Source: Geosiphon pyriformis uo1
Lineage: Eukaryota; Fungi; Glomeromycota
Assembly (NCBI GenBank): GCA_016748015.1
Contig: JAAOMT010000479.1
Coordinates: forward strand, 1 to 54,387
Length of the DNA stretch: 54,387 bases
Reading direction: 5' to 3'
How positions within the stretch are numbered: the first letter of the stretch is position 1; every line of letters starts with the position of its first letter. The notes below the pieces were generated by a model. It ran no database searches. It was not told where the DNA came from and saw nothing but the letters and a program-made list of their open reading frames with translations. The position numbers were made by a program, and so were the translations under genes. Shown here in pieces: positions 1 to 14,202 of the stretch.

Positions 1-244
1 TTTGAATTAGTTGATTTGAAATGTAACATTAGCATTTTATTAGTTGTGAATAAAACTATCGTCTATAAGTTGATTAAATGACAAATTAAGTAAATATCTG
101 CATTAATTTTTTTTAACAAAAGGCTCAATTATTCTGAAGAAATAAAATACTTGAATTTAAAATTAACATAACTTTTTTTGACGGATTCAATATTCAAAAG
201 AGTAATTCAAATATCGATTTAATTCAAAACCTCAAAAGAAAAAA

Positions 245-3200
245 TTATTTTACCAGCTTGACGCACATAGGGGATGAATCTACTGGTATAGAAGGAACTA
301 TCATGCATGGATTCATCATTAATGGTTTAGGGTGTTCTTTTGAATCAAAATCTTCCAGTGAGCTTTCGAAAGAAGTCTGGCAAAGAATAGATTTTAAAAC
401 TTCAGCTGTTGGGCGCTTTAAAGGATCAGGGTCTAATATTTGGTTATAAGCTCCACATAGCAATTCGGAATGTTTTGATTGATCAGGGATCATTTACCAT
501 CACATATATCTAATTGGAGCGAAGGATCATGGGGCATGTCTTGTAAAGGAATTTTGTCACAAGAGAGTTGCCACATAATCATACTAACGAGTAAATGTCT
601 GCTGGCTTTTGAAACGCCTCGCCTCATAGGGCTATAAAAACAAGCATCCCATATATTCCATTTTGATTAGAGTTAACTGGTCGTGAAAGCCCGAAATCAG
701 CGATGAATGTCCAAATTAATGATTTCGAAATATTTTCACTATGGTGATCGCAATTCATCAAATTTAAAGAATGAGAGATCATAAGAACTGTCTTTAAGAA
801 TCTTGAGCTTGCCAAGCCACTTCAAATTGGGAAATTCCGTCACCCAAAAAGCCTTTTACGCAAATTTCATTACCAGATATATTTACTGATTTGAGGATCA
901 TAAGATACGCCATAACATGTTAAAAAAACACCGCTTCCATTAAAAACTTGTAAATTATATAAAAGGATTGATTGAAGAATGGATTTTAGCAAATTAGTAT
1001 TAATTTTCATTTTTAAAATTTTTGAATTAGAAATTTGGGATGTGCCATTGCTCGAGATCTACCAGGTCTTTTATTTTAGAAATGCTTAGCACACACACAC
1101 ACACTGCTTGTTTAATTCAGACATTGGTATAAAGATCAATAACAATCGAAGTTTTAAATAAAAGGAAGCTGAAGTTCCGATACTTTTTTAATCTAGCATC
1201 ATAAGGAATACTTTCTAATGGGTAAAAAATATTTGGTTTCTCTTATTCAAGGTTTTTTTATTCGTGTTTCTCTTCAAAAGTGCTAAAACTTTTGCGAGTG
1301 TAGAGGCTATAAGTTTGTGTTTTAATTTTCTTTTTGAGCTACCTATTGACTATCAAAAGTCAATTCCAAAATTACCTTGGAGTTTTTTACAAGCCTGCAC
1401 TTGTGATTTGGAGTAATATGCTCTTAAAATATTTGCTTTTCAGCAGTAATAATCATTAAATAAACTATATATAATATAAGATTTCCATATGCTTCACCAG
1501 TTATACATGAGGGGTACAAATCAAATTATTCAAATCTTGTCCATAATATATTTATGTCTATTTTAACAGGTACTCGTGTATTATCAGGGTCGCAAAGCTC
1601 ATTTTTGTGACATTGTATATGAAATAATTGATATGAATAGAAGGTTCGTCTGTCCAAAGAACTATGTTTTAGAATTTAGCTGTTTGATTTGGTTTTGTTG
1701 ATGAAATATTAGTTTCTTATGCATTATAGAAAATTAATATATTTATTTAGTTTTCAATAAATTTTAAGTGGAATGTTTTTTGTTACTAAATATAATCGCC
1801 CAGTGCAATTTTAAGGAAATCGTCTTAATATTGATTAATTTTTTGTGATTAACTTTCGAGTTTTAAAGGTTATTAAGATTTGTTATTTCATGAAAAGTTT
1901 TATAAGAATAAATTAAAAATCAAGGTCTTCACAAAGAAATAAAATTAGATATTGGAATTAATAAAAAAAGATGAAGTTTGTGGGATTTCCATGCAAATAC
2001 AAAGTATTTTAGTTAGACACTTAGTTGCGATTTATAAAATTTTCTAAATATAAAAAATTGCAATCCTTTTGAATTTTAAAATGACATTCATCAATGTTTT
2101 GAGATATTGTTATTGAATTCGGCCTTGAACTCTAGTTTTTGAATTATAAAAATGAAAATATCTTTTAATGCATTAATTTAAGGAAAAATACATGAGTTTT
2201 TCATCTTCCGAATTTTTATTCCAATATTGAAAATTGATTCTCGATCTCAAAAGTTTCACGCTCTTGTGATAAATTAAATAAATTACCTTTTTTTTCTTTA
2301 TATATGTTTTATTATTTTCAAAAAAAAAATTTTTATTTGTACAAATCTATTTAAGTTATTGCTTTTATCTTTGAAATTTATGAAATAATAATCTTTCAAC
2401 ATAGTCAATAGGATATAATTTTTATAATTCTGGTAGATATTCAAATTTTTGAGAAAAAAATCAAGATAATCTGTGATTTTATATCATGTAATATCAATAG
2501 TAAGGATTCCTAATTTAAATATGATTATATTCTTAAACAGATGAAATCGTTAGAGAGAATAATTTTATCAAAGAAATTGATCATTATTAAAAATTGATAA
2601 TGTTAAATTTCATGAAATTATGTTTAAAGCTCATAAGAATATTAAATTTAATCTAAAAATCTCGATTCATTTATTCGTTTTATACAACATCTTGCTAGGA
2701 ATTATTTTGAGTTGTTTGGCATATTAATTTTTAAGCCTTTAATAAAATCCAAGATTACCAAATTCTCTGAGATAAACTCTAAAAATTTCTCGATTATGTT
2801 TTGAGAATCTTTTAAATTTTTGAGAGCGACTAAATGAGGTTTATGCCGAATTCTCAAATGCTTTTTACCACCATCATTTGGTTAAACCTCGTATTTTTCA
2901 TCACTTCATCCTATCAGCCAGATAGCAGAATGAACAGTTCCGAAGCCGCCTCAGCAATCTTCCGTATATTGCTCGAGTTTTCAAAAGGAATCCATTTCAG
3001 GTATTAATCAGCATATCCAGTGGCCAATAGTTGAATTTTTTGAATAAATTTGTCGATATCTTGATTCCCAGACGTCCAAGTCGAAAATGCAGACTTGAGG
3101 CGTTGAAAATCACATTTCTTAAACAAAAAACTGCGGATTTCTCTTCGGTGCAATCAAGGCAAGTATTATTGCTAGCTAGTTTTTTCTCTTTTAATTTTGC

Positions 3201-3965
3201 AAAGTTGCTTTCCATTTCGAATTGAGGTGGATTGCCACAACAAAAAATCATGTAACATTTCACTGTACAGCTTGAAAATTAACTATACCCAATTTGACCT
3301 TGAAATTGCGCAATGCTAGTTTCAAATTTAGAGATGAATCGAAAATTTTTATTTTACGATTCCCTTATTAAGACTCTAAGTATTAACTCGGTCACAGGAC
3401 GTAAGGTAAGCACCAACGTTAAATCTAATAATAATAAAAATTGTGGTATCTTGGATCGCCCCTTTTTTTAGATCATGATTGATTATTGATTTTATATTTG
3501 GGTTTGAATGTGTTTCAAAAAACTTAATGTTTATAATGCTCTTTAATATGAAATNNNNNNNNNNNNNNNNNNNNNNNNNNNNNNNNNNNNNNNNNNNNNN
3601 NNNNNNNNNNNNNNNNNNNNNNNNNNNNNNNNNNNNNNNNNNNNNNNNNNNNNNNNNNNNNNNNNNNNNNNNNNNNNNNNNNNNNNNNNNNNNNNNNNNN
3701 NNNNNNNNNNNNNNNNNNNNNNNNNNNNNNNNNNNNNNNNNNNNNNNNNNNNNNNNNNNNNNNNNTGTTCTTCGAGTGATGATAATTCAGAGTTTGAAGC
3801 AAAGATATCATGTGATTGAAGATTGAATTGGGTGTCTACGGTTTCTAAAGAGCTTGGAAATGAGTTTGAGGGCTTTTTAGGTGATAAAAAATTGTAATTT
3901 GTTTGAGAGAATTGTGTAGATTTTGATGTATTCTTTTGTGTTTGATATTTTTTAAAAGCGAGCAT
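245..3965 (-). pseudogene. Tyrosine-kinase-like protein kinase pseudogene (left copy)
   Basis: Minus-strand fragments in order: MLAFKKYQ (3965), WTSGNQDIDKFIQKIQL and WIPF..IRKIAE/GGFGTV (about 3085-2930), VALKNLKDSQ (about 2830), CYGVSYDP (about 920), DHHSENI and FIADFGLSRP (about 750-680), ADIYS, DPDPLKRPTA (to 245). Several frameshifts and stops; about 1.8 kb intervening sequence between subdomains III and IV. Confidence 0.85.
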
Positions 3966-4067
3966 TATAAAATTTTCAATTACACTAAAGAATCAAGTGG
4001 TATAAAAATTGAACATGGATATTTTTATGATATATTGGTCTTATTTTATAAAGATTCTTATAAAGCA
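692..4067. repeat. Left arm of long inverted repeat
   Basis: Reverse complement of 50443-54387 (692 pairs with 54387; 4067 pairs with 50443); scattered substitutions and small indels; ORFs 3031-3225 and 51808-52053 are near-identical. Confidence 0.97.
3555..3765. other. Assembly gap (211 N)
   Basis: Run of N inside the left repeat arm. Confidence 0.99.
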
Positions 4068-5032
4068 TATTTCGCCATTTCGCAGAGAATGTCGCGAAAA
4101 TACAAATAATACTCCCAATATTTGGAATGGCTATCTATGCCTCAATAATAAATTGTGATATAAGCCATCTTTAAACCCCTATCTCTAAAACGTATTTGAA
4201 ATCACGTTAAAAATTGATAATAACTGGTTTAAATCACGCAAGAATATATTATTTTTGTTGATGCCGCATAAACTGATATTTGAGAAATTTTAGAACAAGA
4301 TGATGCCATTTTCTATCGGGTGTTATTTATCGTTTCTTTTTAGATGTGTCGTCTATTTTGGTCGTGAGCTTTCATGGGTGAGAAAATGGGAACCTTATTC
4401 ACATGGATCCTATATTTGATAATGGTGAAATTTGATTGCGCCATTATGACACAATTTTTTATATTGTTTGAATGCTGTGTAATCATGTCGTGTTTAGTCA
4501 ATCAATTCAGGAATCACTATCCGCTAGTAAATTTTTAGCTAGACGAACTTATATCGTGGTTTATAGGCTGCATGTGAGCAAAAATCAAAAACAAATTTTT
4601 TTTTATAAAAAGTTCTGGGAAATCGAGTAGTTTGAAATAATAAAATTGAAAATTCTTTTTTAATCAAAATTTTATAATCTTAATATAATTTAAAAATACA
4701 AATTTTAAAACACAGATGAATCTTTAAATTTATTGAAAGCTTTAGGTCAACAATTATAATCCAAAATGGAAAACGAAAAAGGTGTCTTGATAATTCAAAT
4801 AGCTTTTATACTCCTGAAACTTTTTATGATTTATTAGTTGTATATTAATTTTCGCATGGATTATAGCAAATAATTTATATTCGGGATCCATTGCAATATT
4901 AATAATTAAAATAATCACAATCAGAGTCTTCAATATATAAACTTGGCACCTCCTCCTCCTCCCAAAAATAAATTGTCGTATGGCTAAAAATAATCCTCAA
5001 AATCATTGTCGTATTCGATATCACATGGTGGA

Positions 5033-5437
5033 TTAACAATGATAGTAGTCGTTAGAATCACATGAAACAGGTGGATAACAGTAATCATCATCATCGCCGT
5101 CATCGTAATCGCAAAAATAAAAGCCACAATTGTCGTATGGTTTGCATAGACAAGAAAGTTCACATGGTGATGGTAGAATCCAATACTCAGGCTTATAATA
5201 ATTTCTTTCGTCCAAATACCCTTTGTGCGCTTCAATATCCGTGAAATTTGTAATTTCACAAAAGATACCTTGGATATGAGGCTCGATTTGGCTAAATTTA
5301 AGGAGGATACGTTTGTCATGAGTTGAGATTGATCAAGTGGATGTAATGATAGTGATGAGGCATAAGATACTGAGTAACATTACAGAAAGGATGATTGTGA
5401 TTAGTGGGGTTCGAGGTTTGTGAGTCAATGGCGACAT
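5033..5437 (-). pseudogene. Small secreted Cys/Asp-rich protein, interrupted by one in-frame stop
   Basis: ATG at 5437 gives MSPLTHKPRTPLITIILSVMLLSILCLITIITST (signal-peptide-like), TGA at 5335-5333, then the same frame continues into ORF 5033-5215 (CELSCLCKPYDNCGFYFCDYDDGDDDDYCYPPVSC). Confidence 0.55.
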
Positions 5438-6501
5438 TATCAATTTCTGATGTTAGTGCTATGTTAAGTGAGCTTTTTTTTAGGGGGAGTAAGCCTTAAT
5501 TGAAAAAACCAATGAGTTCATATATATTTAACTTTTAGCATCTCTAAATTATGCGCTTGAAATAAATGAATTCTTTCAATCTTTTCTGGCTCATAATTCA
5601 AAAAGAAAATTTAAATTGTAGATGCATGATATAAAATGCTTTAAAAAATCAAGTCTTTATCGAGTCGAATTTATTTCAAATCTTTTTTAAAATATTTTAA
5701 AAAAAATCCTATTTTACATGGATTTTATAAAATTAACTCGCACCTTAATAAATGATTTCTCAATTTATTAAATAAAAGAAGAGAAATTGGTATAATTTTT
5801 TAGCTTAAAATTGGTCCCCAATAAGTAATAAATGAATTCAAGTATATTATTAACAAAGATTAATGTGTTGTTACTCATTGAACTATCCTTTAAATTATTT
5901 CTAAAATCTCTCTTAAATAATCTTATAGTTAGTAATCTTATAGAGGAGATTTAGAACACTGGTTAATTTTGTAAACCTAAAAAAATCAAACATAATTGTT
6001 TTCATAATATGTTCGAAAAAAAATCTTATTTCCTTTATAGTTTTAGTTTATCCCAAAAAAAAAAATACAAGAACTGTTAAAGAAGTAAAATTTTATATAT
6101 TAAACTATTAGAGATTTTGGAATTTAAATAAATATATATAAAATTATTATTTTATTGGAAATTAAAACAAATTATATATAAAATTAAATTCGTAAAATAC
6201 TTAAACATAAAAGATTAATTAAAAAAAAGGTTCAAAATTTTGAAGGTTAATGTTATTCTACAAACCTTATAAAATATGATAATAAATGCTATCAGGAACG
6301 GAGTTCGTGAAAGCGTGTACGAAAGTTACACGCGCTGAAATTCCTCTTTTTTACTTGATAAAAAAGTGTTGATTTTATTTAGTTTTCACTAATAACTGCA
6401 CTCCCTTGGTTTCATTAAAAGATTATTATTTTTCTTTTGCACTTTGAAATTTCCAAAGCTACATATTTCATTTTGCAAAAAATTAAAAACCATAAATAAA
6501 G

Positions 6502-8059
6502 ATGTTTATCATCAATCCTATTACTTTGGCATTGATTATAGTGGTTGGACTTGTTTCAGGGCAAGGGAATAAAATCACAAACCTAAAACCAACCGATTTC
6601 GTAAAAGGAATCGCATTCGATCGTGTTTTTATTCTAGTTCTTGAGAATACTGATTTTAAGGGTATAAATAATTTTTGAGTTTTGTGCATCAAGACTTTAA
6701 AGTTGAAAATTGGTTCGTTAATTCTGATTTTCTTTTTGAAATTCTTCATTGTGTCAGATGCATACGCCGTTCCTTATTTGAAAAATTTGTCGACACAGGG
6801 ACTATTCTTTACTGACTATCATGGAGTATACATTTATTATTCATAAATAATTATTCAAGCTCCTGATAATAACCTTGACCTATTGTTTATGAATGAAAAT
6901 TTTTGCAAATCTCTTTTTTTACTTATTCCCCATAAAGATTACTCACCCATCTGAGCCGAATTACTTGGCAATGATTTCTGGACAAACATTTGAACTAGAT
7001 CAATACACTAGAATTGATTTGAATGGTACTACTATTGTTGGTGAGTTTTGAAATCATTCTACTTTGAGAATATCGTACTCTTTCCTGAGAAGTGATACAA
7101 AATTTTTGAATCCAAGACTTTTGGCAGATTTGTTCGAGTCTAAAGGTCTTGATTGGAAATCTTACCAGGAAAATGTGATTATTTTTTTCATAGATAAAAA
7201 TTAAAGCTGATTTTCAATTACCCTTCAATATTTATCAATTGGTAATATTCTGTAATTTTTAACTCGTCCATAGTACCCCGGAAATTGTGACAGAGCTCGG
7301 GAATCTCCTGATAAGAAATAACCCGTTCATGTCATTTTTGAGTGTAACGTAAGGTTTACAAAAATAAAATTTTCTTTCTAAGAATTTTCATATTTTCACG
7401 AGGCTAATTCAAATGCTAAATTATGCGTTCCTTATTAATCTATTATTCTCATAGTGATAATCCAACGAGGTGTGGAAAATCGGTCCCAGCTACAGAGTTG
7501 GACCTCGATATTGCTAAAAACACATTACCCCAATTTATGTTCTATACTCCAAACCTAGTAAGAACTCCAAAAAATTTGAATAGATAAAACTTACAACTTT
7601 ATTAAAATCTCAATGTTTTTCCTAGGACAGTGATGGTCACGATACAAATATCACGTTCGCTGCAAATTACCTCTCAGAGTTCCTACCCTCCAAACTTCTC
7701 AACTCGACATTCATGTCCAACAATACACTTGTGATCATAACATTTGATGAATCAGAACACTATGATAACACAAATCAAATATATGCCTTGCTCCTGGGAT
7801 CGCCCGTAGAAAAATATAAAGGGAAAATTGATAATACTACCTATGATCATTATTCGTTGTTACATTCTGTTGAAGCAAATTTTGGATTAGGGTAAGCTAC
7901 TAAAATTGATAAACAGTTAAATGAAATTGAGTTTTTTTTGTAAAATGAAAAGTTCAAGGCCATGGTAAATTAATTATTTTATTTTTTTACACGTAATATT
8001 TTTTTAATAGAACTTTGGGTAGAAATGACATAAACGCCACAATATTTAAATTTATTTAA
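6502..8059 (+). pseudogene. Secreted acid phosphatase (phosphoesterase family), multi-exon, frameshifted
   Basis: Signal peptide MFIINPITLALIIVVGLVSG; motifs FDRVFILVLENTD, THPSEPNYLAMISG, WKSYQENYPG, NPFMSF, FYTPNL, DGHDT, ITFDE, YDHYSLLHSVEANFGLG across GT-AG introns; premature TAA at 7319-7321. Confidence 0.85.
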
Positions 8060-11000
8060 AATGCCATTTCAGAAGGTAATAAAACAAACGCCACAAATGG
8101 TAATGAAATAGAGAAATAATTAATGTTGGTAAATCGAGCTCAATTAGGATTCTTGTGTTTAGGAGTTGGCCTGGGATTTTGGTTTTTCTGATTATTATCG
8201 TTATTCGTTTTATTGATAGAGTATTCTTAGGAAAGGAGGCAAAATTTGAATTTTTAAGTTTTTATACCCCAATCAATATTAGCATTTTTAATTTATTAGC
8301 CAAAAGAAAATGCTATTATGAAAAAAAGCATATAGTTTTGAATAAAGAGGAAAAATTATAAACAGTTCATGTAATAAACCATAAATTTTTAATGCTACCA
8401 AATTAAAAGTTATTATTTAAAACCTTTCCCCCCCCCCCCCCTCCAAAAAAAAACAATTTCAAAAAACACTTGAAAAAAATTTTATTTAAATTACTAATAA
8501 TAAATATAATATAAAAATCAAATATTTATAATATTCACAAAGTTGGACCATTTATTACAGAACACAGTACTACATAATTTTTATTAGACAAAATTAAAAT
8601 TAAAAATCAATTGCTTTACATGTTAATAACAAACGAAAATTTTAAATATATATATATATGTAAATTTAATGGTTCTTTTTTTATTTTTATTTTCATTTTT
8701 TTATAGAAAATAGAGAAGATGAGTCTATCTAACGTTCTTCAATCTAATTATAATAAGTTTTTTTTTCGAAATTTTGTTTCTATAAATTCCCAATTTGTAT
8801 AATATTTTATTTCAATCAAGTTCATCAAAAATTTTAAATAAAATTTGACCAAAAAAAAAATTTTTCTTTACCTAACAAGTGACATCATTCAGATGTATGA
8901 AATGGTAGATTTTTTCAAATTTTTTTTTTAAATTAACACAAGAAATATATAAAAATTATGGTCAAAAAAAAGCCTTTAGAAAATTTGATTCTCAGAGCAA
9001 TCATGATATTATATTATGAAATTTGTGAAAATTTTTATTCATGAAATCAAAAATTTTGGCCACAAACATTTTAATAAAAAAATATATTATTATCAATAAA
9101 GTCGTCATTTTTTGAAAATATTTTAATATATATAAATTATTTACTTAAAATGGTAATAAAAATTTTCTAATTCACAAACGTTGCTCTAAAATTTTTTCAT
9201 GAAAATATTTTATCTTTTCTAAACATTAAGAGTTTCATTCAAATTGGACTTTAAAAGAGTTTTTTCTGAAATTTTTACAAAATAATTCCAACTTAAAGAT
9301 ATTATTCTTTTTAATATTTTTTCTTTTTGTAATTCAAAATTTTGACAGACTCCTCTTTGAATTTCGAAAATGGGAAAAAAGATATTTTGCTACGATCAAT
9401 TCTTTAAATAAATGAAGATCTTTGGGAACAATTGTAAAATAAAAAAAATCTAAAAATAGAACTCTTGTTGATATTTCAAAAAAGGGTTTTAACCAATTAT
9501 ATTATACCTTAACTATTTATAGAAAAGACGGCTTAGAAATATTTTAATTAAAAAATCATTTGATCGCTGAGTAATTTTCCGTATATGATCTGTCCCAGCC
9601 TTTGAGGCCAAGAGTTAAACGCGCTGGCTTCGTAAGCATAAAACTAACGCAAAAAAGTAACAATATGGGATCCATGAATTTTGCATGTATAGCACATGAC
9701 AAAAAAATTTTCCGGATAATGACTATCTTTGTCAAGATCTCAGAATTACGTTACGCGCGGAAAACTGATAAATGAAAAAAAAGCTCAAAAAGCAAATGAA
9801 AATTCAACTCAAAAATGGTTTATGTTATTAGGTAAATGATGAAATCTATCTTCTTTCAAGAAATGAAATTAGTATCATTGAGAATCGCGCCTTCCAATTA
9901 ATTTATGAGATCGTCTCGGATTCTTTTACGAATTACTTTAACAAGAATTTTCTTTTTTGACAGCCCCTCAATTGTCGCGTCAATTGATCTCACAAAGGCT
10001 TCCTAAAATACTTTGTCATTAATCCAGTATTATTATTATTAATTCCTTGCCAAATATCATCAGCTTCTATCCTCACTAAAGAATAGTTAATGATATAAAC
10101 AAAAACATTCATCTCGTTTTCTCTGTGAAAAATTCGGGTTTGTGGTTCTTTTTAAATTTCGGCAATTGCCTTAATTTAAAAGAAAAAAAAAATTACTAAA
10201 ATATTTAGTATCAAATAGGTTAGCTATACTTAAAATTAAAACAAACAGTCAATTTTAATATGAAAAAATGTATGAAATTTGGGAATCAAGGTTTCTATGC
10301 TCTTCTCCAGATTTTGATGTTTTTCTGTTCTAATTTACCCCAAGATTTTTTTTAGTAAAACGTTTAACTGCTTTATTAATTGAACTAAGAAAATTAATAT
10401 TATGTGAATTTGAAAAAAAAAATTTTGATATCGACAAATTTTTTTTTTGACAGATCATTTGTTTAGCAAATCTATAATGATTTCATTTTTATAAACGCGT
10501 GTGTTTGAGAAAGAATAAGGAGTAACTTTTTTGAAGATTACCTCAATCACTTACTTCATGAAAGAATTTTTTAATTAGACCATTTTCCTCCAAAAAAATA
10601 GGAGACAAAATTAATAAGATTAAAAAGTCTCAATCTCAGAGATCTTTCATTCATTAAAACACAGATTTTCTTACAAAATAAGATTCAATGCAAAAACGAC
10701 AAGTTTACTGCTTTTCTGATCAAAAAAAAAAATTTTGATCAATATTTGATCCCGAGATTTCTATTGTTTTCTACTAAAAATCAAATGTTTTAAAGAGTGG
10801 AAAATGCTCAGAATGGCATAATTTGTTTTTTTTTTTAATTATGACAATCGGAAAGATCATACAGAGATATTGATTCTGATTTGAAAAATCACAAAGAGTC
10901 AGTATTTTTGAAGAGCAATATTTGGAAATTTATTAGTAGTAAAATTTTCAGCAACCTATCTAGTAGATGTGATTTTAAAAAGTCTTATTTTTTAATTGTT

Positions 11001-12300
11001 TCGATCTATAATTTAAATTTTTTCCAAAATCCTCTTGACAAAGATAATAATCTTTAAAAAATTTTTTAGATGCTTTTCTCTTGCCAAGAAAAATGTCACA
11101 TGTAAAAATTATTTTACTGGTTAGCCGCTCCTAATTTTATCTCTACTAATTTTTATTTGCAATCGCTGAGATCTGAACATCTGATCTAACTTTAAAATTT
11201 AACACAAAGTCAAACGTGAAAATACTCAATCTCTTTGGAAGAACAAAGAAGTGACTTTGATGAACTATTGCATATTTATCGGTTACCCTATCGAAAGGTG
11301 GTCACGCGCGCTTATATCTTATGGATCCCATGTAAGATTGGGATTGCTATTGTGTGATACATTCCCCCCAATTCTTGTGCGCAGATTTTTTATGTACTAC
11401 GGAATAAAAATTCCGCAATTTTTTTAACACCTATAATCGACCACGGGAACCATGTCTGTCATTTGAGTAGGTCACGCCGCATAAAAATGTGAAAAATCAT
11501 GATCAAAATTCTGGGTAAATTTTTATTTTACTTATTTAGGAGAAATGTTGTGTATCTCATCTAGTTTCTTGATTATATTTCGGAAATTACAAAGGAAATT
11601 TCTGATCGTAAATGGGAATATCTGATCCTGAAATTTACCCTTAACTTTTGTCGATTACGCCGATTTTATTTTTTTTTTTTGGTTATCTAAAAATATCAAG
11701 AATCTACCAGATTATGACGAAATGAATTTTATCGATCAACATTTTGGCAGATTATTTTGATTTTGAATCTAAGAGCTGTTTGGGATTAAAAGAGCTGTTT
11801 GGGGAATTAAGTACTTAGCCGAATTAACTTCAAATTTATTCCATGCAGGTCACTGATTACAATTTTTTTTTCTTGGCTAATGATGACGATGAATACCCAT
11901 GTCGATCGTGATACCTGTTTAAGTAAAAAATGACAGTATCAAACAACGAATTTGGGCAATGATATCAGTTCTGTCCAAACAAACCAATTCATTTAAACAA
12001 AGAAATCCCAAAAGTTTCATCATTAAAACCTTACGATAGTCAGAGATCACTTGTTATGCAGCTTTATCTAATCAAACAAATATTTGGTACAAGAATATTC
12101 AAAAGCACAAGAACTGAATTATATGAGTAGGTTTTATTATTTGTTATAATGACCCATGACCAGTTTTAAGTCACGTTAAAGGTTAGCAATGAGCATTGTA
12201 TCGAGACAATAGAGAGAGAGAAAATTAAATTATCGGTATATCAGGGTTCCATCATATCAAGATTTAAAAACAAAAGAATCAAGATCCCAAAAAAAAATTT

Positions 12301-12350
12301 GGATTGGTTTTGATTGGATTAGATTGGATTAGATAGGATTAAATTGAATT
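12301..12350. repeat. Degenerate pentanucleotide repeat (GGATT/AGATT)n
   Basis: ggattggttttgattggattagattggattagataggattaaattgaatt. Confidence 0.7.
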
Positions 12351-14202
12351 ATGTCTAAAATTTTATGATAATTTTGTTAAAGAATAAACCTTCTCATTCT
12401 CTGTTATAACATCCTGTCTTTTAGTTATTGTCCATAGTACCCTTTGACTTTGATTTCAAGTGTATAAATATGGTTCAATTTCAAATTTTCTCCAGTGGAA
12501 AAATTATTTCAATTCAAATAAGTTGGGAAACTTAAGTCATCTGATTCCTTTATTAACGAATTGGAGCAATCAAAAAATTCTGTTAGATTTGGATTTATTT
12601 ATGTTAGTCTATGAGAAAATAACGTTAAATTTTAAATTTAAATGAACGCGTGGCCCAACTAGTCCAAGATAAAAAGCGGACTTAAAGTTCCTAGTGAGTT
12701 GAACAAAGAAAGTTTCTATCAGCTTTAGGTCTAAATAAAGTTTAAGGGATTACCATTTTTTATTTCAAACTTTTTTCTAAAATTTTGTTCACATCTTGAG
12801 TAGCCAAAAGGAAAGAAGGGGAGATCATATGGGCAAGCAAATTATTTTCGATTTAAATTATTTTCATTTTTCTTGTAACAACGGATCAAGTTTTCCGAGT
12901 CGCGTCTCTTAAAAATTCTTACTCATAGAATATTGTACATCCAAGTTTCCTTTTTTGAAAGAACAATTATGCTCTGGTCAAAATTCGAGTTTATCATCAT
13001 GTGACAAATTTTTCATGTGCAAATCTATTAGAAGATGGTTAATCAAATATAAGATAGTCTCGTGGAATAAATGCTTAAAACCATTTTTAAAATAGCCATC
13101 ATTTCATGGGCACAAATTTTTTTTTTCACTTATAGGTTAATCAGGAAATTTCAATGCTGGTAGCGTGAATTGGGGGTACCCAAAGTTCTGCTGTGTAAGG
13201 ATCCGACCAAAACTTTATAAATTGTATGACAATAATCGTTCTAATTTTTATATATTTATATATAAATATATAAATATATACAACTATTAGAACAATATTT
13301 GCTGACTAAAGGAAATGGAAATTTCTTATTTTAGAAATATCGGCCATGTATTCAAAGCTCGAATTGATATTCCCTGAATTTTTCAATTCCCATATGCATG
13401 TAGATCGTTTCAACACACAAAAGTCACCTGTTTGCACGAGATACACTGAGGTTTTTCTTTTTTGAACGATAGTATAATTTCAAAAAAAACGTGGGATATG
13501 ATTAAAAACCAAAAAACAAGGAGATATATTTTTTTTTTCTAACTCTATCCTACCCAAAAAAACACCACCCAATCTTTTCTGGTTAGACAATTTAATAATA
13601 ATAAATTTTCAAAAAAAAACAAAAAAAAACAACCCTAATCCATCCATTTAATCCTTTTGGCAAAAAGGTTTGGATTTAGTGCTGCACAAAACTCCAACTA
13701 CGAATATTTTACTCGGTTTTGGTTGGACTTTAATCATTTAAATAGTATAATATTATTTTTACTTTTATTTATTTAACATTGTACTATTTTTTTTATATGT
13801 GTTACTGTGTGTTACTTGGTTTCAATGTATGTAGTAAATATTCATTCTTTTTTCACACTAGTCTCACGCTAAAAATTCATTGTGTAAAGTTAAACAATCT
13901 ACCACGAGTAGTGACCACCAATTTCCTTTAAAGTTAAATCCTATTAATTTTTTTCAACTATAAATTTACCCCCTCTGAACAGCGGTACATTGTAAATATT
14001 TTCAATTATTAATTTCTCTTATCTAATATAAAATATTTCTCTTTCAACGTTAAATTTAATATAAAAAAAAAAGTTCAAAATTTAATAAATACAACACTTC
14101 TTTCACCTTTTTGCCAGGACTGCTCAATAGAGGGCAAGTTTTTTTCTAAAATACAAAACTTCAACTCAACAACAACAACAAAAACAACAACCTAAATAAA
14201 AT

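Noticed and set aside
3479-3826. ORFs running through N gaps (also 50545-51513)
   Set aside because: Their length is an artefact of N translation.
9800-10170. Possible minus-strand coding remnant (EAFVRSIDATIEGLSKKKILVKVIRK)
   Set aside because: Several stops and no recognisable family.
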